This document shows positions 1-10,649 of a DNA stretch of 64,000 bases, in pieces. Position 1 is the first letter of the stretch; each line of letters begins with the position of its first letter. Below the pieces are notes generated by a model. It had not been told where the DNA came from, ran no database searches, and worked only from the letters and a program-made list of their open reading frames with translations. The translations under genes and the position numbers were made by a program. Origin of the DNA: an uncultured Rhodospirillaceae bacterium (GTDB lineage Bacteria; Pseudomonadota; Alphaproteobacteria; JAEUKQ01); NCBI GenBank assembly GCA_964414755.1, contig CAYPXH010000002.1, positions 38,696-102,695 of the forward strand, given 5' to 3'.

Positions 1-1755
1 TTGCTACGTCAAAGTGGTACTTTTCGCTCAAACCAGCAGGTTGCAGAGCGGGTAATGGATTCAAACGAATTAGAGCGCGAACGGGGAATAACCATTCTGG
101 CCAAATGTACTTCTGTTATGTGGAAGGGCATTAAACTTAATATTGTTGATACGCCTGGCCATGCTGATTTTGGCGGTGAGGTTGAACGAATATTGAACAT
201 GGTCGATGGTGTGGTTGTGCTGGTTGATGCTGCTGAAGGTCCGATGCCGCAAACAAAATTTGTTACCATGAAAGCATTAAAACAAGGTCTGAAGCCTATT
301 GTAGTTATTAATAAAGTTGACAGACCCGATGCACGGCCTCAGGAAGTTCAGAATCTGGTATTTGATTTATTTGCTTTGTTAGGTGCAACTGATGAACAGC
401 TAGATTTTCCAACATTATTTGCATCATCTAAGCAGGGGTGGGCTGCACCCACACTTGATGCACCTAGGCAAGACCTACAGCCTTTGTTTGATTTAATCGT
501 CCGCCATGTGGCGCCACCAACCTGTAATCCTGACGATAAATTTACATTGTTGGCGACAATTCTGGAAGCTGATCCGTATCTGGGTCGTATTTTGACAGGG
601 CGTATTAATAGTGGTCGTGCAAAAATGAACATGCCGGTTAAGGCATTAAGTCCTAGTGGCGCGGTGATTGAGCAGGGCCGCTTAACTAAACTGCTGGCAT
701 TCCGGGGGGTAGAGCGCGTTCCTGTAGAGCAGGCTGTAGCGGGCGATATTATCGCGGTTGCAGGGTTAACCGCACCTACGGTAGCTGACACAATTTGCGA
801 TCCTACGGTTACCAGCCCAATTTCAGCGCAACCCATTGATCCACCGACCTTGTCGATTAATATCAGTGTTAATGATTCACCTTTGGCAGGGCGGGAAGGA
901 ACAAAGGTAACAAGTCGGGAAATTCGGGCAAGACTTTGGAAAGAAGCTGAAGGCAATGTGGCGATACGGGTGCGCGAATCGGAAGAAAAAGATTCTTTTG
1001 AAGTATCTGGTCGTGGCGAATTACAATTAGGCGTACTCATAGAAACCATGCGCCGTGAAGGTTTTGAATTATCAATTAGCCGTCCCAAAGTGATTTACCA
1101 GCAAGATTCTGCTTCGGGCCAACGTTTAGAGCCATTTGAAGAATTACTGGTTGATGTTGATGAAGAATTTGCCGGTGTTGTGGTTGAGAAAATGGGTAGC
1201 AGACGTGGTGAAATGACCGACATGATACCATCTGGAAATGGAAAGACACGGATTACTTTTGTTGTCCCATCACGCGGATTAATTGGTTATCATGGCGAAT
1301 TTATGACCGATACAAGAGGTACAGGTATTATGAATCGGCTGTTTCATGGCTACGCCCCATATAAGGGGACCATCGGCGGGCGACGTAATGGTGTGCTTAT
1401 TTCAACCGCTAATGGTCGGGCGGTTGCCTATGCACTTTGGTATTTGGAAGAACGTGGACAGTTAATGGTTGTTCCAGGTGTTGATGTTTATGAGGGAATG
1501 ATTATTGGAGAGCATACGCGTGATAATGATTTGGAAGTTAATCCAATTAAAGAAAAACACCTAAGCAACGTACGTACTACAGCCAAGGATGAAGCTATTC
1601 GTCTGACACCACCCATGTTGATGACCCTAGAAAAAGCTATGTCTTACATTGAAGAAGATGAATTGGTTGAGATTACGCCAAAAAGTATCCGGTTGCGGAA
1701 GAAATATCTCAATCCGCATGAACGCAAAAGGTTTAACCGACAAAATACGGAGTAA
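1..1755 (+). CDS. typA: Translational GTPase TypA/BipA (5'-truncated at window edge)
   Basis: 584-aa ORF running from position 1. GTP-binding motifs [16 protein letters not shown] and NKVDR. EF-G-like domain architecture. N-terminal ~20 aa lie outside the window. Confidence 0.9.
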   Translation: MLRQSGTFRSNQQVAERVMDSNELERERGITILAKCTSVMWKGIKLNIVDTPGHADFGGEVERILNMVDGVVVLVDAAEGPMPQTKFVTMKALKQGLKPIVVINKVDRPDARPQEVQNLVFDLFALLGATDEQLDFPTLFASSKQGWAAPTLDAPRQDLQPLFDLIVRHVAPPTCNPDDKFTLLATILEADPYLGRILTGRINSGRAKMNMPVKALSPSGAVIEQGRLTKLLAFRGVERVPVEQAVAGDIIAVAGLTAPTVADTICDPTVTSPISAQPIDPPTLSINISVNDSPLAGREGTKVTSREIRARLWKEAEGNVAIRVRESEEKDSFEVSGRGELQLGVLIETMRREGFELSISRPKVIYQQDSASGQRLEPFEELLVDVDEEFAGVVVEKMGSRRGEMTDMIPSGNGKTRITFVVPSRGLIGYHGEFMTDTRGTGIMNRLFHGYAPYKGTIGGRRNGVLISTANGRAVAYALWYLEERGQLMVVPGVDVYEGMIIGEHTRDNDLEVNPIKEKHLSNVRTTAKDEAIRLTPPMLMTLEKAMSYIEEDELVEITPKSIRLRKKYLNPHERKRFNRQNTE

Positions 1756-1759
1756 TTGA

Positions 1760-3106
1760 TTGCACACCAAACAATCTAGCGCTGAATCTAAAAAGTCACT
1801 TTGGGGCAAGATACTTGGACTATACATCGACCGCCGCAGTTTTTCACTGCTAATTTTAGGTCTATCTGCCGGTCTACCCTTTGCCTTGCTGCATGGTTCT
1901 TTAACCGCTTGGTTACGGCAAGAAGGCATTGCCCGCGCAACTATTGGCTATATCAGCTGGATTGGTATATTTTATGGGGTAAAAGTTCTGTGGGCGCCTG
2001 TTGTTGATCATGTACGTATACCGTTGATTGGTAAAATTTTAGGCCAGCGACGCAGTTGGATTCTTTTGTCGCAACTTGCAATAATGGCTGGATTAGTATG
2101 GATGGTTGTTGAGGCGCCCGATCGTAGAAAACCAGACAGTTTGATTGATTTAACCGGATTTGTTATTGGAGCCTTATGGGTAGCTTTTTGGTCTGCGACC
2201 CAAGATATTGCAGTTGATGCCTACCGTATTGAAGTGGCAGGCGAAGAATTGCAAGGCATCATGAGCGCAAATTATATTTTTGGTTACCGTGTTGCCTTAT
2301 CATTCTTGGTTGGGGTGGGTGCCTTCTATTTAGCCGAAGATTATTCGTGGGCTGATGCGTATTTGCTGATGACGGCCTGTTTTATAGTTCCCATTGTTGT
2401 TTTATTATTTTCCCCAGAACCACCTCCAAGAACAATACAGCATTTTCACGGGATTGCTGGGTATCTTAAAAATGCAGTTGTAAAACCATTTTCTGAATTC
2501 TTTGCGCGTCAACCCTATAGTCATGCATTGTGTATTTTACTGTTTATATCTCTTTGTCGCATTAGCGATATTATTATGGGCCCTATGGCAAACCCGCTTT
2601 ATAAGGATTTGGGTTTTGCAAATGACGAGATTGCAAATATTACCAAACTTTATGGTTTTTGGGTATCCATACTGGGCGGATTTATAGCTGGGTTACTGGT
2701 TGCGCGGTATTCGGTACAGCGATTATTGCCAATTGCGGTGTTATTTTTGGCTGTCCCGAACGCAATGTTTATGATTCTAGCTGATTCTGGGAAAGATTTT
2801 CTTGTCTTTACCCTAACAATCAGTGCCGATAATTTCGGCAATGCAGTAGCTGCAACGGTTTTTGTTGCCTATTTTTCAAGCCTGGCCAATCAGGCTTATA
2901 CGGCAACGCAATATGCACTTTTTAGCTCGCTTATGAATTTGCCTGGCAATATTTTAGGTGGGTTTTCGGGCTGGGTTGTCGAAAAAGTTGGTTATGGCAA
3001 TTTCTTTTTGTCAACCGCTGTTTTTTGTATTCCAGCGCTTATTTTGGCTTTCATCATTCCGCAATTTCTTAAAAAACAAAAGACTAAGACTTTATCTTAT
3101 CAATAA
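1760..3106 (+). CDS. AmpG-family MFS muropeptide permease
   Basis: 448-aa polytopic membrane protein, ~12 TM. N-terminal region (SLLILGLSAGLPFAL...) resembles AmpG/MFS_1 permeases. TTG start immediately after the typA stop. Confidence 0.65.
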   Translation: MHTKQSSAESKKSLWGKILGLYIDRRSFSLLILGLSAGLPFALLHGSLTAWLRQEGIARATIGYISWIGIFYGVKVLWAPVVDHVRIPLIGKILGQRRSWILLSQLAIMAGLVWMVVEAPDRRKPDSLIDLTGFVIGALWVAFWSATQDIAVDAYRIEVAGEELQGIMSANYIFGYRVALSFLVGVGAFYLAEDYSWADAYLLMTACFIVPIVVLLFSPEPPPRTIQHFHGIAGYLKNAVVKPFSEFFARQPYSHALCILLFISLCRISDIIMGPMANPLYKDLGFANDEIANITKLYGFWVSILGGFIAGLLVARYSVQRLLPIAVLFLAVPNAMFMILADSGKDFLVFTLTISADNFGNAVAATVFVAYFSSLANQAYTATQYALFSSLMNLPGNILGGFSGWVVEKVGYGNFFLSTAVFCIPALILAFIIPQFLKKQKTKTLSYQ

Positions 3107-3746
3107 CATAACCAACCGAGCGAACGGTACGGACAATATCAGCACCTTTGGGATTGGTTATGTTAGATAATGCCTGGCGCAACCGACCAATGTGAACATC
3201 AACAGTACGTAAATCGACATCGCCATCATCGCCCCATACGGCGTCAAGCAATTGTTCGCGTTTTATAACGCGGCCCTGATTACACAACAAATGACGCAAT
3301 ATTTTAAATTCAGTTGGACTTAGAAAAATCAATTTATCCTGGTTATAGGCTCGGTACTGGTTAATATCTACACGTAGATCCCCATATAGAATATGGTTTA
3401 CCGGATTAAGACCCATACTGCGCCGCAACAGTGCCTTTAAACGTGCTAGCAACTCGCCGATACTGAAAGGTTTTGTTATATAATCATCAGCCCCTGTTTC
3501 CAGGCCAAGTAACTTATCATTATGTTCACCACGCGCGGTAAGTAAAACGATAGGAAGTAAATAAAATTCTGCCGATCGCCGCAAGATTCGACACAATTCA
3601 AGACCAGATATCTTTGGAACCATCCAGTCTGCGATAATTAGGTCGGGCTTTTTTTCTTTAATGCTGATTAAGGCATCTTCGCCATTAACGGCTGAGGCCA
3701 CCAGATAGCCTGCTTGCTGCAAATTATAGACCAGAACTGTGCGCAA
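3084..3746 (-). CDS. phoB: Phosphate regulon response regulator PhoB (OmpR family). Annotated start is probably too short.
   Basis: Receiver domain plus winged-helix C-terminus (VDVHIGRLRQAL). The in-frame upstream sequence encodes the conserved PYILIIEDD N-terminus with no ATG/GTG/TTG, so the true start is probably ATT or ATA near 3797-3803. Last gene of the pst-phoU-phoB operon. Confidence 0.85.
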   Translation of the reverse strand: MRTVLVYNLQQAGYLVASAVNGEDALISIKEKKPDLIIADWMVPKISGLELCRILRRSAEFYLLPIVLLTARGEHNDKLLGLETGADDYITKPFSIGELLARLKALLRRSMGLNPVNHILYGDLRVDINQYRAYNQDKLIFLSPTEFKILRHLLCNQGRVIKREQLLDAVWGDDGDVDLRTVDVHIGRLRQALSNITNPKGADIVRTVRSVGYVIDKIKS

Positions 3747-3793
3747 GGCAGCATCATCCTCGATGATAAGAATATAAGGGGTTGCAGCAACGG

Positions 3794-4534
3794 TTATGTT
3801 AATTTCTCTTTGGTTGTTGGGTTAGAATAAGTATGACTGATGGTATGGTCACTTTTGGGACGCTCACCCTGAATATGGGAACCATGTACCATAAAATAAA
3901 CTGTTTCTGCGATATTCGTGGCATGATCGCCGATTCGTTCAATGTTTTTGGCAATAAATAACAAATGAATACATCCCCCAATAGTTCTTATGTCTTCCAT
4001 CATATAGGTTAAAAGTTCGCGAAATATGCTGGTGTACAAGGCATCTACTTCCTCATCCTGACGCCAGGCTTGCAGCGCTCGGTCGGTATTTTTATTAATA
4101 TAAGAATCCAATACGTTCTTAACAATTTGTTGTACGGCTTTTCCCATCCGGCTAAGACCACTGATAATTTGCTTGTTTGTGATTATTTCTGGTAAAGCGG
4201 GAATACGTTTGGCCACATTCGCGGCATAATCGCCCATACGTTCCAAATCGCTAGAAATTTTCAATGAAGAAACCACCTCGCGCAGGTCTTGCGCCATAGG
4301 TTGACGTAAGGCCAAAATTTTTACGGCAAGCTGGCTGACATTTTGATCAAGAACGTCAATCTGATGATCTTGGTCAACAATCTGCACTGCTTGCTTAAGA
4401 TTATGGGAAATAAGCGCTTCAATCGCTTGCTGTAACTGGGATTCAACCATTGTTCCCATCTGCACTAAGATAGTGCCCAGCTGCTTTAGTTGGTCATCAA
4501 AAGATTTAACAATGTGATCGGTTAAATTCGGCAT
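3794..4534 (-). CDS. phoU: Phosphate signalling regulator PhoU
   Basis: 246 aa with two PhoU repeats. Sits between pstB and phoB. Confidence 0.9.
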   Translation of the reverse strand: MPNLTDHIVKSFDDQLKQLGTILVQMGTMVESQLQQAIEALISHNLKQAVQIVDQDHQIDVLDQNVSQLAVKILALRQPMAQDLREVVSSLKISSDLERMGDYAANVAKRIPALPEIITNKQIISGLSRMGKAVQQIVKNVLDSYINKNTDRALQAWRQDEEVDALYTSIFRELLTYMMEDIRTIGGCIHLLFIAKNIERIGDHATNIAETVYFMVHGSHIQGERPKSDHTISHTYSNPTTKEKLT

Positions 4535-4549
4535 ATGTAAATTCCCTTT

Positions 4550-5314
4550 TTAGCCAAAACGGCCTGTGATATACCCTTGTGTTCGTTGATCTTGCGGTTT
4601 TGTAAAAATGTCTTCTGTTGGCCCAGTTTCAATCAATTCACCTAAGTGGAAAAAAGCTGTTTTTTGAGAAACACGCGCAGCTTGTTGCATAGAATGGGTT
4701 ACGATAACAATCGTGAAATTAACCCGTAATTCGTCGATTAACTCTTCAACCTTGGCAGTGGCGATGGGGTCTAAAGCTGAACAGGGTTCGTCCATTAAAA
4801 TAACATCAGGATTAATGGCAATGGCGCGAGCAATGCAAAGTCGTTGTTGTTGTCCGCCTGATAATGACAAAGCAGGATCCTTTAGACGATCTTTAACTTC
4901 ACCCAATAAACCAGCTTTTTCAAGGCTTGTCATAACAATCTGATCAAGGTCATCACGCTTGTTGGCTAAACCATGCAACTTTGGTGCGTAAGCAACGTTC
5001 TCATAAATAGATTTCGGGAATGGATTGGGTTTTTGAAAAACCATCCCAACTTTTGCCCGCAACGTTACAACATCAATATCCGAATTGTAGATATTCTGAC
5101 CATCTAAAAGAATTTCGCCGTGAATCCGGCACGATTCAATTACATCGTTCATTCGGTTAAGACAACGCAGGAAGGTTGATTTACCGCATCCCGATGGTCC
5201 GATTAATGCTGTAACCTGCATAGGTAAAATTTCCAGGCTAACATTCTTTAATGCCTGTTTTGAACCATAGTAAACCTGTAACTGACGAACAGAAATTTTA
5301 GCAGTGCTTGACAT
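4550..5314 (-). CDS. pstB: Phosphate ABC transporter ATPase PstB
   Basis: Walker [13 protein letters not shown] signature LSGGQQQR, Walker B ILMDEP. 254 aa. Confidence 0.9.
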   Translation of the reverse strand: MSSTAKISVRQLQVYYGSKQALKNVSLEILPMQVTALIGPSGCGKSTFLRCLNRMNDVIESCRIHGEILLDGQNIYNSDIDVVTLRAKVGMVFQKPNPFPKSIYENVAYAPKLHGLANKRDDLDQIVMTSLEKAGLLGEVKDRLKDPALSLSGGQQQRLCIARAIAINPDVILMDEPCSALDPIATAKVEELIDELRVNFTIVIVTHSMQQAARVSQKTAFFHLGELIETGPTEDIFTKPQDQRTQGYITGRFG

Positions 5315-5352
5315 AAATTTTCAACCTATAGCCAACTTTTCTTTTATCTACT

Positions 5353-6579
5353 TTACCACTTTTTTTCAACCCGCTGACGAATGATGATAGCCAGCAAATT
5401 CATCATAATTAAAAATATAATTAAAACCAGAATTGCTGCGTATGTTTTTTCCACAAAAGCTGTTTCTTGTAAGTCAGACCACATAAAGATTTGTGCTGGA
5501 AGAACGGTACTTGGGTCTGTAAATCCACTTGGAATATCAACAATAAAAGCAATCATGCCAATCATCATGAGCGGTGCTGTTTCACCAAGTGCTCTTGCCA
5601 TACCAAGAATTGTACCCGTTAATATTCCTGGTAAAGCTAGGGGAAAAACATGATGCCATATGACCTGCGAATGTGAAGCCCCGACGGCTAAAGCGGCCTG
5701 CCTGATCGAAGTTGGAATCGCACGTAAAGAAGCCCGTGCTGCAATAATAATTACAGGCAATGTCATCAATGCAAGTACCATTCCACCAACCAAAGGCGAT
5801 GAACGGGGTAACCCGAATATGCCTAGAAAAAGCACAATTCCTAATAAACCAAAAATAATTGATGGAACGGCGGCCAGGTTGTTGATATTAATTTCAATTA
5901 ACCTGCTTAGAAAGTTCTTTTTAGCGAATTCTTCCAAATACAAAGCCGCAGCAGCACCAAATGGAAGTGATAGTAACAGTGTAATGATCATGGTTAGGAA
6001 ACTACCCATAACACTTCCCCAAATGCCTGCTTCTTCAGGTTCACGGCTGTCACCACTCTGCCAGAACGAAGTATCAAATGCGCGGTTAATTTTTTCTTGT
6101 GTTTCTAAGGCTGCTACCCATTGTTGTTGGTTAGCAGTTAACTTGCTGTTATCACCTGTTGTCAGATACTGGTCGATGACTGCCGACATTGGCAATGAAA
6201 CAATATAGGGCATTGCAGGGGCTGATGGTAATTTTTGTAGGGTGATTGCAAGATCATCACTTGCATGTGGCGACAGCATCCTTGGCAATTCACGTCGTTG
6301 TTGAGAGGTTGCAGTAATTTCTAAATTTTTTTCAAGCAATTGGCGGGTTAAAAGTCGGTAGTCCGGGTTACTTTCTTTGAACGACGAACTTGGTAGGTCT
6401 TCTGCGTTCATCTCAAGATCTATATAATGGTGAAAAAAAGCAGGCCATGCCTGGTAAAAAATATGTCCTACCAAAAATGTCAGGAAAGTGATAGGGATAG
6501 CTAAGCTTAAAAAGGTTACAAAACGGAACCGTTTTTCACGTGACAAGCGTTTTTTAAGATGTTTTTTGGGATTAGTCAT
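5353..6579 (-). CDS. pstA: Phosphate ABC transporter permease PstA
   Basis: 408-aa polytopic permease with an EAA-like loop (ARALGETAP), downstream of pstC. Overlaps pstC by 8 nt. Confidence 0.85.
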   Translation of the reverse strand: MTNPKKHLKKRLSREKRFRFVTFLSLAIPITFLTFLVGHIFYQAWPAFFHHYIDLEMNAEDLPSSSFKESNPDYRLLTRQLLEKNLEITATSQQRRELPRMLSPHASDDLAITLQKLPSAPAMPYIVSLPMSAVIDQYLTTGDNSKLTANQQQWVAALETQEKINRAFDTSFWQSGDSREPEEAGIWGSVMGSFLTMIITLLLSLPFGAAAALYLEEFAKKNFLSRLIEININNLAAVPSIIFGLLGIVLFLGIFGLPRSSPLVGGMVLALMTLPVIIIAARASLRAIPTSIRQAALAVGASHSQVIWHHVFPLALPGILTGTILGMARALGETAPLMMIGMIAFIVDIPSGFTDPSTVLPAQIFMWSDLQETAFVEKTYAAILVLIIFLIMMNLLAIIIRQRVEKKW

Positions 6580-7963
6580 ATTTTTGCCTGTAGCGTGCCA
6601 GAATCCATAAAGATATGATGTTTAAAACCAGGGTGATGAGAAACAAGATCAGACCCAAAGCAAATGCGGCCAGCGTTTTGGAACTATTGAATTCCTGATC
6701 CCCTGTTAACAAAGTTGTAATTTGAACTGTAACGGTTGTAACTGAATCAAGCGGGTTAATGGTTAAGTTTGCAGCTAAGCCAGCTGCCATAACCACAATC
6801 ATGGTTTCTCCGATTGCGCGTGATATAGCCAGCAATACCCCCCCAATAATTCCTGGTAGCGCTGCAGGCACCAAAACCTTACAAATTGTCTCTGATTTTG
6901 TTGCACCTAACGCATAAGATCCGTCACGCAGGGAAGAGGGCACTGCTTTTAAGGCATCATCGCTAAGTGAGGCAACAAAAGGTATAATCATCATACCCAT
7001 AACAAGAGCTGCTGCCAAGGCGCTTTCAGCCGCCACATCAATTCCTAACCAATTTCCAGTGTCTCGAAGGAGTGGGGCTACAATAATAGCTGCAAAATAG
7101 CCATAAACTACCGTGGGTATACCGGCTAGCAACTCAAGTACCGGTTTTACCAAGGAACGGTGGCGGGGTGATAAATACTCTGTCATATAAATTGCTGACA
7201 TAAGGCCAAAAGGCGCCGCAATTCCAACCGCTATTATCATAATCATAAATGTTCCAAGAATAACCGGTATTACACCAAAAGAAGCCGAGCTTCCGGTCTG
7301 ATCGGCACGAAGTGCTGTTTGTGGGCTCCATTCAAGTCCGAAAACAAAATCACTGATGGGAACACGTTCAAAGAATCGCCCTGCCTCTAATACCAGGGAG
7401 GCAACAATGCCAATAGTTATTGCAACCGCAATACTGGCACAAATTGCTAACAGCCTTTGGGTATATTTTTCGACAATGGTTCTTGCTTTAAAATGGCTAT
7501 TAATATGCCTTTTGGTGATCAGGCTGGTTAACCCAGCTGCAATTACCATGATCATTGGTGGCAGCAATAATTGAATATTTAGCCATGTTTGTAATGTTGC
7601 TTGAAGTTTTTCTAAAAGGTCGGCTGACAATATTTCGCCAAGATTTGAGACGGGTTGCTTAAGGCTTTGTTCAATCCTTAGGATTAAGGTATCCAAAGAT
7701 AATCCCGATGATTCCAAAAAGCCACTTGGTAAAGTTGCTTGGATTTTTTTATACATTAACCAAGGTAAAATGGCGTTACTAAGAAATAAACTTAGCAATG
7801 CAGCAATTATAGCCCATGTTGCAAGATATAAACCATGATATGCCGGACGTGCTATTAGTGGGGCGGTGTTGTTTTTTTGTAAGCGTACAGCTTTCTGGCT
7901 ACCCCAGTGATAGAAAACGATTGCCAAAAAAATTACTACAAACACAAATAACACGTCCGACAA
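6572..7963 (-). CDS. pstC: Phosphate ABC transporter permease PstC
   Basis: 463-aa permease with long periplasmic N-terminal region as in rhizobial PstC. EAA motif SRAIGETM. Position after pstS. Confidence 0.85.
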   Translation of the reverse strand: MSDVLFVFVVIFLAIVFYHWGSQKAVRLQKNNTAPLIARPAYHGLYLATWAIIAALLSLFLSNAILPWLMYKKIQATLPSGFLESSGLSLDTLILRIEQSLKQPVSNLGEILSADLLEKLQATLQTWLNIQLLLPPMIMVIAAGLTSLITKRHINSHFKARTIVEKYTQRLLAICASIAVAITIGIVASLVLEAGRFFERVPISDFVFGLEWSPQTALRADQTGSSASFGVIPVILGTFMIMIIAVGIAAPFGLMSAIYMTEYLSPRHRSLVKPVLELLAGIPTVVYGYFAAIIVAPLLRDTGNWLGIDVAAESALAAALVMGMMIIPFVASLSDDALKAVPSSLRDGSYALGATKSETICKVLVPAALPGIIGGVLLAISRAIGETMIVVMAAGLAANLTINPLDSVTTVTVQITTLLTGDQEFNSSKTLAAFALGLILFLITLVLNIISLWILARYRQKYD

Positions 7964-7990
7964 TATCCTTGCTATATAAAGATAATATGG

Positions 7991-9013
7991 TTAAGGCTGA
8001 TATAATTTTTGTTGCTGAATGTTATTTAATTGACGCTGATGATCAATGGTTGGGAGTGGGATAAGCCCTTTCTCGGTTAAATATCCTTCGTCACCCGTCG
8101 CACGGTCACTCGCATATTCCAACATAAAATCGCGTAAACCAGGAATAATGTCAAAATGTTTCTTCTTAACATAAACATACAAAGGACGGGCGATGTTATA
8201 TTGACCTGCGGCGATCGTATCAAAACTGGGGGTAAAGTTATCTATTGCTAATCCGTGCAAGCTGCTAGTATTTTCTTCAAGAAAACTATAACCAAAAATG
8301 CCCAAAGCCTTTGGATTCGCTTGAAGTTTACGCACAATAAGGTTATCATTCTCCCCAGCTTCGATGTAGGCGCCATCTTCCCGCATACTTTGGCAAATGC
8401 TTTGACGTTGAGCAGCGTCGGTTATTTGTACAACAACAGAAAATTTCTGGCATCCCTTATCCATGACCAATTCAACAAAAGAATCACGGGTCCCAGAAGT
8501 TGGTGGTGGACCAAAAACTTCTATTTTATCGGCGGGTAAATTTGGGTTAATTTGATTCCATGTTTTATAAGGATTAGGCACAAGTTGGCCGTTAACCGGC
8601 ACCGTTTTAGCCAATGCCAGCCATAATTCGGTTGTTGTTAAGCCAAAGGGTTTTTGCTGATTTGATTGAGCAATTACAATACCATCATATCCAATCTTCA
8701 ATTCGATAATTTCCGTAACACCATTCTGCCGGCATAAATCTAGCTCAGAAGACTTGATAGCTCTTGAGGCGTTAACAGCATCTGGGTATGATGTGCCGAT
8801 TCCTCCGCACCAAAGTTTTATACCACCGCCTGTTCCTGTTGACTCAACGATAGGTGTTCGAAATTTGCCCATGCGTCCAAAATTTTCGGCAACTGTTGTA
8901 GTGAATGGAAAAACAGTACTTGATCCAACAATCTGAATCTGTTCACGCCCATGAGCGTTTGTATGAAATATTGCTAAAGATATCCCAAGAATTACGCCAT
9001 ATTTTTTCATCAA
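7991..9013 (-). CDS. pstS: Periplasmic phosphate-binding protein PstS
   Basis: 340 aa with signal peptide. PBP superfamily protein, first gene of the pst operon, preceded by a Pho box. Confidence 0.85.
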   Translation of the reverse strand: MMKKYGVILGISLAIFHTNAHGREQIQIVGSSTVFPFTTTVAENFGRMGKFRTPIVESTGTGGGIKLWCGGIGTSYPDAVNASRAIKSSELDLCRQNGVTEIIELKIGYDGIVIAQSNQQKPFGLTTTELWLALAKTVPVNGQLVPNPYKTWNQINPNLPADKIEVFGPPPTSGTRDSFVELVMDKGCQKFSVVVQITDAAQRQSICQSMREDGAYIEAGENDNLIVRKLQANPKALGIFGYSFLEENTSSLHGLAIDNFTPSFDTIAAGQYNIARPLYVYVKKKHFDIIPGLRDFMLEYASDRATGDEGYLTEKGLIPLPTIDHQRQLNNIQQQKLYQP

Positions 9014-9069
9014 TAAACCCCATAAAATTAAAATTGATCCTAAAACATGTCTTAATGGCTACCAGATAT

Positions 9070-9090
9070 TTATGACAATTTTATGACAAA
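9070..9090 (-). promoter_or_regulatory. Pho box (PhoB binding site) upstream of pstS
   Basis: Minus-strand reading is TGTCATAAAATTGTCATAAA. This is two direct 7-bp TGTCATA repeats with a 4-bp AT spacer (11-bp periodicity), 56 bp upstream of the pstS start and directly downstream of the phoR stop. Confidence 0.6.
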
Positions 9091-9098
9091 AAATATTT

Positions 9099-10508
9099 TT
9101 ATCCAACCTTAAAGTCTTCAGGGGTTGTATCAGATTCAACAGTCGGTAATCTTACTAAAAAACAGCTACCTTGTTCGGGCTTGCTATAAATTAATAATTG
9201 GCCATGATGGTGGTATAAAATTTTTTGGACTATTGCTAAACCCAATCCAGTTCCTGTTGGGTTGTGTTCGTTTTGACATCTGTAAAATCTTTCGCCTAAT
9301 CTTGGCAGGTCATTCGGTTGAATTCCAACGCCTTCATCTATAAAAGCCACTGTTAAAGTTGCATTTTTATTTAGCTGTTGATTGGGCGATAAACTAAAGC
9401 CAATCCAGACATTTTTGCCTGATTTGCTGTAACGAATCGCATTTTCTAACAAATTTTCAAAAATAATATAAAGTTGTTGTTCGTCACCCCATAAATCAGG
9501 CAATTTTTCCAAGTCATCCAGCCATATTAAATTACTGGGAATAAAAGAAAAAAACGGCATACTTCGGGCAACATGAATCTTTACCCTTGTTTTATTAATA
9601 AGTGGCGTAAGCCCTTTGATAAGATTATCAAGCAAGCTGCGGGGTGAAACAGCTTTATATGTTGCTGTTCCTATACCCCGATCAACTTTTGCCAATAATA
9701 ATAAGCTTGAGACAAGCTGACTCATGCGCTCGGTCTGCTGCATTAAAAGAGACAGGAAATCGTGGTGTTGCATGTTATTGCTAAAATGTGTTTGCAGTGT
9801 TTCGCCAATGTTTCTAATAACAGCAAGGGGGGTTTGAAGTTGATGGCTGGCATTGGCAATAAAATCTTGACTTTCTTGAGCAACTATTTTTAGTGCTGTT
9901 TGATCACGTAGAGTAACAATTGTAACAAAATTATTGTTAAAAAACACCGGTATGCGTTCAAGGCTAATATGCCAATAGCGGGTTTCGGGAATTGCCAGTG
10001 AAAAAGCAGTCTCGAAAACTTTTTGTTTTGTATTCCGTATTTCCTGAAGAATTGCCAACAAGGAAGAATGTCTTAAAAAACCAGTTATATCTCGACCAAT
10101 AAATTGGTTGATATTTGGGTTATTTAGTAAATTAGCTGCCGTGGCGTTGATAAAAATAATGCGCTGCCGATCATCTAAGACCAGAAACCCAACAGGCATT
10201 TGACCAAAAAGCGTATGGAATAGTTCGGTTAATGAGTAATTCAAGCTGTTTTGTGAATCATAGATAAGATTTATTTGTTGTCTCTGAATATTGGATGGCT
10301 TGAAAGTTATCCTACTATCTGTTTGTGCAGTTTGCCGATAATACCAAATAAAAGAAATAAACCCACCAATAAAAATACCGGCGGCAATAAGTACAGCGCT
10401 TGTGTTATTTTGGAAACCAAGCGACCAAATTAAAAAACCCAAACTACAACTTATCAAAAAATTATAAGTGCAAAAAAGTAAAAGATTAAGATATGATTTT
10501 TTTGGCAT
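9099..10508 (-). CDS. phoR: Phosphate regulon sensor histidine kinase PhoR
   Basis: 469 aa with N-terminal TM helices and a PAS-like region. H-box ASHQLQTPL. HATPase_c with N/G1/G2 boxes (NLLENAIRYS, DEGVGI, GTGLGLAIV). Immediately upstream of pstS. Confidence 0.85.
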   Translation of the reverse strand: MPKKSYLNLLLFCTYNFLISCSLGFLIWSLGFQNNTSAVLIAAGIFIGGFISFIWYYRQTAQTDSRITFKPSNIQRQQINLIYDSQNSLNYSLTELFHTLFGQMPVGFLVLDDRQRIIFINATAANLLNNPNINQFIGRDITGFLRHSSLLAILQEIRNTKQKVFETAFSLAIPETRYWHISLERIPVFFNNNFVTIVTLRDQTALKIVAQESQDFIANASHQLQTPLAVIRNIGETLQTHFSNNMQHHDFLSLLMQQTERMSQLVSSLLLLAKVDRGIGTATYKAVSPRSLLDNLIKGLTPLINKTRVKIHVARSMPFFSFIPSNLIWLDDLEKLPDLWGDEQQLYIIFENLLENAIRYSKSGKNVWIGFSLSPNQQLNKNATLTVAFIDEGVGIQPNDLPRLGERFYRCQNEHNPTGTGLGLAIVQKILYHHHGQLLIYSKPEQGSCFLVRLPTVESDTTPEDFKVG

Positions 10509-10649
10509 TTAAGGGCACGTAAAAACAAGCGGTAATTTCTTTACAAACGATATGATATATTGTGTTACAATCGTGATCTATGGTATAATTAGCACGTTAC
10601 CAGTTAATCTCTTACATGATAAATTAAAAATTAACAAAGGATAACCCCA

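Noticed and set aside
348-1088. 246-aa minus-strand ORF inside typA, and similar antisense ORFs 5381..5653, 5660..6208, 42223..42510, 52241..52465
   Set aside because: They are wholly embedded antisense to strongly conserved genes (typA, pstA, pnp, RND pump). Their composition is low-complexity Ser/Pro/Arg-rich, as expected of GC-skewed antisense frames.
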